Assembly (NCBI GenBank): GCA_016840465.1
Contig: JAEOSH010000003.1
Location: 60,001 to 92,000 of the forward strand
Source: Candidatus Baldrarchaeum yapensis
Lineage (GTDB): Archaea; Asgardarchaeota; Baldrarchaeia; Baldrarchaeales; Baldrarchaeaceae
Direction: 5' to 3'
DNA: 32,000 nt
This document shows positions 1 to 8,144 of this stretch, piece by piece. The notes below the pieces were generated by a model. The model searched no databases, was not told the origin of the DNA, and saw only the letters and a list, made by a program, of their open reading frames with translations. Each line of letters begins with the position of its first letter. Within the stretch, counting starts at the first letter, position 1. The translations under genes were made by a program, and so were the position numbers.

Positions 1-1
1 A

Positions 2-1216
2 AGACTTCCACTTGGAATCGCGCAGATAGGGAAGGTCCTAAGAAATGAAATCAGTCCGCGAAAAGGTCCAATCAGGCTGAGAGAATTCACAATAATGGAG
101 GTAGAAGTGTTCATAGATCCCGAGAACATAAACTCGTGTCCCTATTTTGACGAAGTAAAGGATGAAGAGCTAAGATTACTGACCGCTGATATGCGTATGA
201 AGAACGAGAAGGAGCCCATCGAGGTCACAGCAGAAGAGGCCGTAAAGAAAGGCCTCATACTTACCGAATGGCAGGCGTACTTTATGGTTATTTCCAAGTT
301 CTTCTTGCTGGATCTAGGAATTCCTTGGGAGAAGCAGAGATTCAAAGAACAGTTGCCGTGGGAGAAGGCCCACTATTCGAAGCAGACATACGACCATGAG
401 GTACTTTTACAAAGATTTGGGTGGGTTGAAGTCGCGGGGCATGCCTACAGAACAGATTATGATCTCTCCAGACACATACAACATAGCAAAGAAGACCTCT
501 ACGCTTTTAAAGAATTTCCTGAGCCTAAAATCGTAGAAAAGACTGTAGTGAAACCACTTAAGCATGTTATCGGGAAGGAGTTCAGAAAAGATGCTGCAAA
601 GGTCATCGAGGCTATTTCTAAAACTCCCCCTGAGGAGATAATCAAGGCGTTTGAAACAAAGGGCTACTTTGAAGTTGACGGCATAAAAGTAGAGCCGCGG
701 CATGTGAGTATAGAAAAAGTCAAAGAGAAGATAAGTGGGAAGAAGTTCATCCCACATGTGGTGGAGCCAAGTTTCGGTGCAGATAGACTGGTATACGCAA
801 CATTAGAACACGCGTACACAGAGAAGGATGGAAGGGTGGTTCTGAGATTACCTATTGATTTGGCACCAATACAGGTTGCTGTATTCCCACTGGTATCAAA
901 GGATGGACTTCCCGAGGTTGCGAAGAGGGTCTACCGTATGTTAAAGGACGAGGGCTTCACGGCAATTTATGACGAGACGGGGTCCATCGGCAGAAGATAT
1001 GCCCGTGTTGACGAAATAGGTGTGCCTATCGCAGTAACCGTTGATTATATGACCCTAGAGGATAATACAGTGACATTAAGAAATAGAGATACTTGGAGCC
1101 AGGTTAGAACCCGTATTAATGACCTTCCCGAACTCCTGCATAAGTACTTCCGCAAGAAGATAAAATTCGAAAATCTGGGGATCCCGTACACACCGACCGA
1201 AGAAGGGGGTGGTTAG
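2..1216 (+). CDS. glyS: Glycyl-tRNA synthetase (class II, archaeal/eukaryal alpha2 type), 5'-truncated by the window edge
   Basis: The frame is open from base 2 (RLPLGIAQIGKVLRNEISPRKGPIRLREFTIMEVE = motif 2), upstream of the ORF-track ATG at 95. Also has AHYS, GWVEVAGHAYR, motif 3 VVEPSFGADR and the anticodon-binding domain GSIGRRYARVDEIGVP. Confidence 0.96.
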   Translation, partial: RLPLGIAQIGKVLRNEISPRKGPIRLREFTIMEVEVFIDPENINSCPYFDEVKDEELRLLTADMRMKNEKEPIEVTAEEAVKKGLILTEWQAYFMVISKFFLLDLGIPWEKQRFKEQLPWEKAHYSKQTYDHEVLLQRFGWVEVAGHAYRTDYDLSRHIQHSKEDLYAFKEFPEPKIVEKTVVKPLKHVIGKEFRKDAAKVIEAISKTPPEEIIKAFETKGYFEVDGIKVEPRHVSIEKVKEKISGKKFIPHVVEPSFGADRLVYATLEHAYTEKDGRVVLRLPIDLAPIQVAVFPLVSKDGLPEVAKRVYRMLKDEGFTAIYDETGSIGRRYARVDEIGVPIAVTVDYMTLEDNTVTLRNRDTWSQVRTRINDLPELLHKYFRKKIKFENLGIPYTPTEEGGG

Positions 1217-1492
1217 ATGGGAGTTCCGCAGAGGAGATTGAGATTACGATATAAGGATGTCAAGGAAGGCGAGGCGTATATGAACCCTGAAATGATGAAG
1301 ATGCTTGGTCTCGAAGATGGCGATGAGATAGAAGTCGTGGTTGCAAAGAGAAAGTGGTTTACCTTCAAGGCACATCCGAGAGAAGAGGTTCCTAGAAACG
1401 AGGTCTGGACAAATCCCGACATTCTAAGGTCAAACGGAATTGCAGACAATTCGATAGCAACCGTTAGGAAATACGTACCAGAATCGGATTAG
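1217..1492 (+). CDS. Small stand-alone double-psi beta-barrel protein (CDC48/VAT N-domain-like)
   Basis: Two related halves, GEAYMNPEMMKMLGLEDGDEIEV and NEVWTNPDILRSNGIADNSIATV, match the CDC48_N pattern. The ATG immediately follows the glyS stop (TAGATG) with a GGGTGG SD. Confidence 0.7.
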   Translation: MGVPQRRLRLRYKDVKEGEAYMNPEMMKMLGLEDGDEIEVVVAKRKWFTFKAHPREEVPRNEVWTNPDILRSNGIADNSIATVRKYVPESD

Positions 1493-2817
1493 ATTTCAAA
1501 AACCTCCCCCATCTTCGGCGCTTGCGCGTTTATATTTCTTTGCCTCAGTCTTTCGCTTAAATCCTCAACCTTATGTTCTTCCCCATGTATGCAGAAAACA
1601 TACTCCAGATCTTCAAACATTGTGACAAACCTGAAGAGATTAGGCTGATCTGCGTGAGCACTGAATTCGAAAAGCTTAACATCCGCGTTCACGTCAATAG
1701 AGGTGCCATCCGGAAGAGTTACGCGTTTGTTCCTGTTCAGTAATTGCCAGCCTATGGTTCCGGGAACTTGATAACCTGTAAGGCAAATCAGGTTGTTGGG
1801 ATCTTCACCAAATTCCTTCAAGTAGAAAAGTGCAGGCCCTCCCTCAAGCATTCCAGAAGTTGTAACTATAACGAGGGGTTCCTCACTCCGGACGATGTCT
1901 TCCCTTCGGCCAACATACCTAAAAATCTCGGATCTGAAAGGATCATACCCCGTATACCTTATTGAATTCCTTATTTCCCTGCTGAGGTAAATCCAATACC
2001 TTCGATAAAGGTCATTCACCTGCTTTATCATTCCATCTATGAAAACCGATCGCAATTTCGTATTTTCCTGAGAAGTACACCTAATTCTCGACTCTAAAAC
2101 CAGCATCACCTCCTGAGCGCGGCCGACCGCAAACGCGGGAATTAATACTTTACCCCCAGACTCCACAACCTCCATCACACTTCTGAAAAACTCCTGCTCT
2201 ATTCTCTTTCTGCTCGGATGCCTGTCAGTGTGATGACCGTATGTCGATTCCATAAGCAATATATCAACATCGCCAACTGCAGTATCTGCCTTCTCTAGAG
2301 TTTTAGTATTCGTAACCGAGAAATCCCCAGTATACAGCACCGAAACGTCGCCAACCTTAATTTTTATCATAGAGGATCCCAATATGTGCCCCGATCTGAA
2401 AAAAGTAATGCAAACATCGTCATTAAGCCTGTAGGGTACACGATACTCGGCATCGAGAAAATACTTCCTCAAGTCCATGATGTCCTGATTCGAATATGGA
2501 GGCTCCAAACCGCGCTCCTTGTATAATTTAAGCATATCTCTATTTAATAGCTCAGCGAGGTCCTGCGTCGGCATCGTTGCCAATACGGTGCATCTATACT
2601 TTTTCACAAGAGCGGGTAAATACCCGACATGATCGAGATGTGCATGTGATATTAGGACGACATCTGGAGGGACCGGCGGATCGAGGGGAAAAATATCATC
2701 GCCTCCTCCCAGCTTGACTCCGCAGTCGATAAGTATGTTCAAGGACCTGGTTTCGAGTAATATAGAAACCCTACCGACTTCCCTCGCACCCCCTAGGAAG
2801 TGTATTCGCATTCTCAA
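1489..2817 (-). CDS. Metallo-beta-lactamase / beta-CASP ribonuclease (aCPSF-like, no KH domains)
   Basis: Motifs FLGGAREVGR, SHAHLDH, SGHILGS, ESTYG, GRAQE, SGMLEGG, FSAHAD, HGE. TTG start at 2817 (or ATG at 2811) with a GGTGGGTG SD. Confidence 0.92.
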   Translation of the reverse strand: MRMRIHFLGGAREVGRVSILLETRSLNILIDCGVKLGGGDDIFPLDPPVPPDVVLISHAHLDHVGYLPALVKKYRCTVLATMPTQDLAELLNRDMLKLYKERGLEPPYSNQDIMDLRKYFLDAEYRVPYRLNDDVCITFFRSGHILGSSMIKIKVGDVSVLYTGDFSVTNTKTLEKADTAVGDVDILLMESTYGHHTDRHPSRKRIEQEFFRSVMEVVESGGKVLIPAFAVGRAQEVMLVLESRIRCTSQENTKLRSVFIDGMIKQVNDLYRRYWIYLSREIRNSIRYTGYDPFRSEIFRYVGRREDIVRSEEPLVIVTTSGMLEGGPALFYLKEFGEDPNNLICLTGYQVPGTIGWQLLNRNKRVTLPDGTSIDVNADVKLFEFSAHADQPNLFRFVTMFEDLEYVFCIHGEEHKVEDLSERLRQRNINAQAPKMGEVFEI

Positions 2818-2834
2818 ATATCGACACCCACCGC

Positions 2835-3812
2835 TCAGGTGGGTATGAACTCCTCTTCAAATAAGTATCTTGCAACTTTCCTCAGCTGCTCAAGTCCTCT
2901 TACCTCGTTGGGAAACAAAGGTAAGTACACTATTGAAAAGTCATCGTAATATTTTACGATTTTCTCTAGGTTCCTACGTTGCATCTCATACCTTGACCTA
3001 CAAAAACTGCAGTCCGGAACCTTGGGATGTATCATGTTCACAATCACGTGTGTCACCGGGATTTCGTACTCATACAATGATCTTAACAGCCTCTCGGTCT
3101 CGTAAATTGCCATCATCTCCGGAATCATCACAGGAACGAATCGTGTCTTCTTAAGATCACTAAGTTCCTCCTTTGCCCGTCTTATGGTTTCTTTTAACGC
3201 CTCAAGAACTTCAAGTGAGCGATCCTCTTCCTCCTCCCTTCTGCTAAATAGCCTTTTTATGAAAGAAGCCGCCTTCGAGAACCAAAGGCGAATTTTTATT
3301 AATTTGCCGATCCAACTATCCAAAACATCAGGTAAACTCAGAAGTCTTAATGTGTGTCCAGTTGGCGCAGTGTCAAACACGATCACGTCATACTCGGGCT
3401 TCTCTATGAATTCAAGAACCTTAGCAAATGCGAGTGCCTCGTCAACTCCCGGCGCGGTTACCGAAAACATATCCTCAAACTCTTCTATCCCCATACCCAT
3501 ACTCATTGACAATTCAGCTTCCGCGTACCCGCTCATCTTGCTCCTAAAGTCCTTCATTGCCTTGTTTGGGTCCACTTCTAACGCATATAAGTTTTTTATT
3601 CCGCTTATTTTCCTAATCTCTCCTCCTATTTTTTGGTCAAAGCTGTCAGAAAGGCTATGAGCCGGATCCGTGCTTATAACAAGTGTCTCCATGCCCCGCT
3701 CTGCTAACCACAGTGCAGTTGCTGCAGCACATGTTGTCTTCCCTACACCTCCCTTTCCTCCGAATAGAACGAATCTTATTTTCTCCTCAAATATTGGCGA
3801 TAGGAGCCCCAT
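2835..3812 (-). CDS. Single-domain ArsA/Get3(TRC40)-family ATPase
   Basis: GGKGGVGKTT P-loop, STDPAHSLSD switch I, DTAPTGHTLRLL switch II, Met-rich insert and C-terminal CSFC. Confidence 0.93.
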   Translation of the reverse strand: MGLLSPIFEEKIRFVLFGGKGGVGKTTCAAATALWLAERGMETLVISTDPAHSLSDSFDQKIGGEIRKISGIKNLYALEVDPNKAMKDFRSKMSGYAEAELSMSMGMGIEEFEDMFSVTAPGVDEALAFAKVLEFIEKPEYDVIVFDTAPTGHTLRLLSLPDVLDSWIGKLIKIRLWFSKAASFIKRLFSRREEEEDRSLEVLEALKETIRRAKEELSDLKKTRFVPVMIPEMMAIYETERLLRSLYEYEIPVTHVIVNMIHPKVPDCSFCRSRYEMQRRNLEKIVKYYDDFSIVYLPLFPNEVRGLEQLRKVARYLFEEEFIPT

Positions 3813-4072
3813 ACCGATCCTCTCGATAGTTTCTACACCAGTGAAAAGTCGATGGCCACTAGTATCACATAAGTTCAGACACCCTCTAAAATGCTTTGTT
3901 TAAAGTAGTATGCGATCTCATGTCCTTCATTTGAAGTGCACGGGAGTGGTCACCCGCATGGTCGGAGCATTTCTCGGCATCTGTAATCAGAAGCGTCACG
4001 AGCCCGAATCTTGATAGCGTTAAAAATAAGTGATAATGTGTAAAGTGCACTTTGAGACGAGGTGGATAAAAG

Positions 4073-4393
4073 TTGGCACTGGATGTGCTCGAAGCTATTA
4101 GGGCGGCGGAAAAGGAGGCGGAACAAATAATACAAAAGGCAGAGGAGGACGCGAAGAAAATTATAGAGGAAGCAAAAAGAAAGGCAATGGAAGAAGAGAA
4201 AAAGATAGTCGAGGAAGCGAAGAAGAAAGTCGATGGGATGATGAATGCCGCGGTGAAGGAGGCAGAGGAGGAGATTAAGAAAATAGAGACAGAAACGAAG
4301 GATAAAATAGAAAAACTCGCAAAAAGTGCAGAAGGCAGGTTGCCTGATGCTGTGAATTTAATTGTAAGAACAATAACGGGGGGAGTGTTATGA
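4073..4393 (+). CDS. atpH: A/V-type ATP synthase peripheral-stalk subunit H (G-like)
   Basis: E/K/A-rich coiled coil (IRAAEKEAEQIIQKAEEDAKKIIEEAK) of 106 aa. TTG start after a GAGGTG SD; ATGA overlap with the subunit E gene. Confidence 0.75.
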   Translation: MALDVLEAIRAAEKEAEQIIQKAEEDAKKIIEEAKRKAMEEEKKIVEEAKKKVDGMMNAAVKEAEEEIKKIETETKDKIEKLAKSAEGRLPDAVNLIVRTITGGVL

Positions 4394-5010
4394 GCGAGGA
4401 GGAGAAAATAAAGAAAATTAGAGACAGGATAATTGCGCAGGCGAAGAAGAAGGCCGATGAAATAATAAATGAGGCTGAGCGTGAGGCAAAAAGGATAATC
4501 GAGGAGGCAATCTCCGAAGCAAAGCATAAGGCTGAAGTTATTCTCAGAAGGGGGGTCGAGGAATCCCAGGCATATAAACGTAGAAAGATAGCGGAGGCAA
4601 CACTGAAGTGGAGGATCGAATACATAAAGTCTCGTGAGAAGTTCATAGAGGAAGTCTTCAGAAAGGCAAATGAGGAACTTCAGAATCTCGTCAGGACCGA
4701 CAAATATCGCAAAGTGATCAAGAACCTGATACTTGATGCGCTTAATGTTCTCGGCAGCGGCGAATATGAGGTAATAATTGCAGGAGACACCGCGGTCAGC
4801 ATAGATTTGAATGAAATAGCCAGATTATCCAAAGAGAAACTGGGAATCGATGTAAAGTTGTCGATGGCAAGCGAACGCGTAAGATCGATGGGAGGCGTCA
4901 TCGTCAGAACAAAGGACTTGTCATTCGTGGTGGACAATACGTTTGAGGCAAGATTAAAGAGAATGTATGAGCCTCTTAGAGTCCAAGTGGCTCGAATGCT
5001 CTTTAAATAA
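4390..5010 (+). CDS. atpE: A/V-type ATP synthase subunit E
   Basis: N-terminal coiled coil plus the C-terminal signature MGGVIVRTKD...VDNTFEARL. Confidence 0.9.
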   Translation: MSEEEKIKKIRDRIIAQAKKKADEIINEAEREAKRIIEEAISEAKHKAEVILRRGVEESQAYKRRKIAEATLKWRIEYIKSREKFIEEVFRKANEELQNLVRTDKYRKVIKNLILDALNVLGSGEYEVIIAGDTAVSIDLNEIARLSKEKLGIDVKLSMASERVRSMGGVIVRTKDLSFVVDNTFEARLKRMYEPLRVQVARMLFK

Positions 5011-5182
5011 AGACTTGCATGATAATATCGTTTGATATTCATCGATGAAGATAACAAGCTTCCGCAAATGATTATACTTGGTTGGAGTTTTGTCTATCTC
5101 AATCCAATTTTTAACACAAATTAATGACTGGAAGGTTGGTTTATTTTCCCAAATCGTTCACTCTCGACCCGGTAGGGGTTCT

Positions 5183-5197
5183 CGAAAAGCTTAAACG
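5183..5197 (+). promoter_or_regulatory. Candidate BRE+TATA promoter of the hydrogenase membrane-arm operon
   Basis: cgaaaag-cttaaac in the intergenic gap. It would place the transcription start downstream of the ORF-track ATG at 5201. Confidence 0.45.
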
Positions 5198-5248
5198 CCT
5201 ATGTTATCTAAAAACGACCGCCGAGAAAGAATAATGGGGAGCACACCA

Positions 5249-5494
5249 ATGTACGAACTGTTACATATAACACTGTTAGTGGCGGCAATAATTTTCGCAC
5301 TGCTATCTATCGAGGCAAAGAGGTTGCATCGCGCGGCAATGGCTTTTTGCATTTTCAGTGTGATACTTGGAATAATTTTCTACATGCTAGCAGCTCCATA
5401 CGTCGCTGTGGCTCAACTGGTAATCTATGCGGGTGCGGTGACCGTTCTCCTGCTGGTTGTAATAAGTTTGACTAGGGGTGGGTGGGAAGAATGA
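5249..5494 (+). CDS. NuoJ N-half / MbhD-like small membrane subunit
   Basis: Three hydrophobic segments and APYVAVAQLVIYAGAVTVLLL (NuoJ-like YAGA motif). Start chosen at ATG 5249 (alternative 5234). Confidence 0.75.
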   Translation: MYELLHITLLVAAIIFALLSIEAKRLHRAAMAFCIFSVILGIIFYMLAAPYVAVAQLVIYAGAVTVLLLVVISLTRGGWEE

Positions 5495-5763
5495 AGATAA
5501 GCGCAACTGGGGCGTTCTTCACGATAGTGTTCCTCATAGTTGTACTATGGACACTACTAATGGTAAAACCCGTATTAGAGCCCGGAGCTTTCCTTGCACT
5601 TCCGCATTTCGTTAAAAGCACAGAAATCTCGGCGATAGTCCAAGATACAAGTATGCTACTGTGGAACGAGAGAGGATTGGATGTTCTGGCGCAGGCAGCA
5701 ATGTTACTAGCAACCGCCGCCGGAGTATCCGCTTTGTTTAGAAGAAAGGAAGTTAGAGAGTAG
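5491..5763 (+). CDS. MbhE / MnhB-N-terminal-like small membrane subunit (NuoJ C-half equivalent)
   Basis: LWNERGLDVLAQAAMLLATAAGVSALFR resembles the MnhB/MbhE 'RGFDTLGE' helix. ATGA overlap at 5491-5494. Confidence 0.68.
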   Translation: MKISATGAFFTIVFLIVVLWTLLMVKPVLEPGAFLALPHFVKSTEISAIVQDTSMLLWNERGLDVLAQAAMLLATAAGVSALFRRKEVRE

Positions 5764-5776
5764 TGGAGGTGGTTAG

Positions 5777-6097
5777 ATGGCCATAGATTTATTCTCTTGG
5801 TATATTGGAACCGTAGTAGTACTGTATTCAATAGGCCTCTACTGCCTAGCATCTAAGAGAAATCTGGTGAAGATGGTCATAGCAATAGAAATACTGCTGG
5901 CTGCGGCAAACCTGAACTTCATCGTGATGAGCTACTTCATGAGAACAGGATACGTACACACACTGGCTCATGCCATAGTCATAATCTCGATGGCAATCGG
6001 CGCATGTGTGGCCGCAATAGCCCTTTCGCTTGTTATGAACGCGTATAGGCATTATAAGACTCTGGATACCCGTAAGATGAGCAGACTCAGATGGTGA
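5777..6097 (+). CDS. nuoK: NuoK / MnhC / MbhG-like subunit
   Basis: GLYCLASKRNLVKMVIAIEILLAAANLNF and the C-terminal TLDTRKMSRLRW; three TM helices. Confidence 0.88.
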   Translation: MAIDLFSWYIGTVVVLYSIGLYCLASKRNLVKMVIAIEILLAAANLNFIVMSYFMRTGYVHTLAHAIVIISMAIGACVAAIALSLVMNAYRHYKTLDTRKMSRLRW

Positions 6098-6111
6098 GGG
6101 GTGGTCGGGAG

Positions 6112-8133
6112 ATGTTACCGTACGCCCCTTGGTTGTGCTGGTTAATTCCACTCGGATTTGCAGTACTCATACCGCTGGCGGATAAAATTCACCCAAGAGT
6201 AAGAGATGGACTTGCAATACTCGGATCGTTCTTAGCGATGGTGTTTGCTGCCTCTATGATACCGGATGTGTTCGCAGGAAAAGTAACCATTTGGCCGGAT
6301 GGAAAAGTCGTAGGCGAAATACCATATGGCCAATCAGTTTCTTGGATCAATGCGACCGTCTATGTGAATGGAAATGAAACCAGAATAACACTTGGCGCGG
6401 GAGTTCTGGTCGATCCATTGAGTGTGTTCATGGCAAACATTGTTGGAATAATAGGGTTCCTCATAATGGTCTATAGCCTCGGATACATGGCTGGAGAGCC
6501 AGATATGCGACGATACTGGTTCTGGATGTCGACGTTCATAGGCTCCATGATCCTCCTAGTGATGGCTGATAACCTAATACAGATGTTCGTCGGATGGGAG
6601 TTAGTAGGTCTATGCAGCTGGCAGTTGATCGCTTTCTGGTTCAAGGCAACAACGCCCAGCCCAGTGCCCGACTTTAAGACCGAAGGCGAATACAATGCAC
6701 ATTGTGGAATGAAAGCATGGATAATGACAAGAGCTGGTGACATATGCCTCCTAATAGCAATTGCAGCAATTGGTTGGGCACAATTAAAGGCCGGTCAGCC
6801 GTTAACATTCAAGTTCATGGACCTTCAGGAATCTACTGGCTGGCTGAGGGTACTAGCAGACGTGGGATTGCTTGTACCTATTAGTGTGTTGATGTTTGGA
6901 GGACCAGTGGGTAAGAGTGCACAATTCCCGTTACACGAGTGGCTACCTGAGGCTATGGCGGGTCCCACAACCGTTAGTGCACTGATACATGCCGCCACGA
7001 TGGTTAAGGCTGGAGTATACCTAGTGGCAAGAATGGTACAAGTGTTCTACCTTGCCGGAGAAAGTGCCGGTATGTTGGTTGCACTCAAGCCGCTCTTCAT
7101 AACCGTCGCGTGGATAGGTTGCTTCACGGCATTTCTGGCCGCAACACAGGCAATGGTTTCTATGGAGCTTAAGAAAGTCCTCGCATACTCGACAATAAGC
7201 CAAATAGGGTATATGATGCTGGGTCTTGGTGCTGGCGCGTTGCTACTGATACCAGCCCATGGTTATGTTGCCGGAACATTCCATCTCATGTCTCATGCTG
7301 TCTTTAAGGCATTACTCTTCCTCTGTGCAGGATCGGTACTTCATGCGACCGAGACAAAGTACATGTATGAAATGGGCGGCCTTAAGGAGGATATGCCTAT
7401 AACCTACTGGACAATGGTTATAGGTGCGGCCTCTCTTGCCGCAGTTCCCGGACTGGCAGGATTCTTCAGCAAAGAACTAATACTTGAAATATTATGGAAG
7501 GAAGGACAACTTGCGCTCTTCACTCTCGCGACGGTCACCGCCGCATTGACCGCATTCTACAGCTTCAGAATGATAGGACTTACTTTCCACGGACCGAAGA
7601 GCGAGTACATAAAGAAGAGAGAGGAGGAAGGAAAACACGTCCACGAGGCTCCTCCAGTCATGTGGGTACCATTGGTGATACTTGCCGTAGCATCGATAGT
7701 CCTAGGATGGCTGGGTCCGTACTACGAGGCCTTTGCAACGAGCGGCAGATTCTGGGTAGCTCATGAGCTTGGTTCCGAAGTAACGCTCGAGAAGTATGCT
7801 CACTATTTGACAGAGGTCTTCGCAACACCAACTGCGGCCCTCTCGCTACTCATGCTAGTGATCGGAATAGTTCCCGCGTACTACATTTACATAAAGCGTA
7901 AGATCGATCCTGCCGAACTAGTAAGTAAGAACGTCGTACTAAGAGCGCTTTACACGTTCTTGTACAACAGATGGTACATCAATCCGTTCTACTACAAGGT
8001 GTTCCTTAATGGAACTCAGGCATTCTCCCAGAGATTCCGAAAGTTGCAGACAGGGATACTCAATGTCAACGTTATCCTGATGCTCATAGGATTTGTGGCC
8101 TTCATTGCGTATCTGGTGTTTTACCTCCTGTGA
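6112..8133 (+). CDS. nuoL: NuoL/MrpA-like antiporter subunit with a C-terminal lateral helix
   Basis: VDPLS, FVGWELVGLCSW, GKSAQFPLHEWLPEAMAGPTTVSALIHAATMVKAGVY, KKVLAYSTISQIGYM, HAVFKALLFL, GFFSKE, LQTG. Start at ATG 6112 after a GGGGTGG SD. Confidence 0.93.
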   Translation: MLPYAPWLCWLIPLGFAVLIPLADKIHPRVRDGLAILGSFLAMVFAASMIPDVFAGKVTIWPDGKVVGEIPYGQSVSWINATVYVNGNETRITLGAGVLVDPLSVFMANIVGIIGFLIMVYSLGYMAGEPDMRRYWFWMSTFIGSMILLVMADNLIQMFVGWELVGLCSWQLIAFWFKATTPSPVPDFKTEGEYNAHCGMKAWIMTRAGDICLLIAIAAIGWAQLKAGQPLTFKFMDLQESTGWLRVLADVGLLVPISVLMFGGPVGKSAQFPLHEWLPEAMAGPTTVSALIHAATMVKAGVYLVARMVQVFYLAGESAGMLVALKPLFITVAWIGCFTAFLAATQAMVSMELKKVLAYSTISQIGYMMLGLGAGALLLIPAHGYVAGTFHLMSHAVFKALLFLCAGSVLHATETKYMYEMGGLKEDMPITYWTMVIGAASLAAVPGLAGFFSKELILEILWKEGQLALFTLATVTAALTAFYSFRMIGLTFHGPKSEYIKKREEEGKHVHEAPPVMWVPLVILAVASIVLGWLGPYYEAFATSGRFWVAHELGSEVTLEKYAHYLTEVFATPTAALSLLMLVIGIVPAYYIYIKRKIDPAELVSKNVVLRALYTFLYNRWYINPFYYKVFLNGTQAFSQRFRKLQTGILNVNVILMLIGFVAFIAYLVFYLL

Positions 8134-8144
8134 GGTGATTTGTC

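Noticed and set aside
2835-3812. Arsenic-resistance operon
   Set aside because: Single domain, no metalloid-binding Cys set, and no arsB/C/D/R neighbours.
3813-4072. Possible ncRNA or C/D sRNA in the arsA/atpH gap (cggg..cccg hairpin, repeated aagtgcac)
   Set aside because: Stems are short, no complete C/D'/C'/D box set was found, and the region is explained by divergent promoters.
3886-4646. Minus-strand ORFs 3886-4527 and 4275-4646
   Set aside because: Antisense shadows of the E/K-rich atpH/atpE genes (S/F/L-rich translation).
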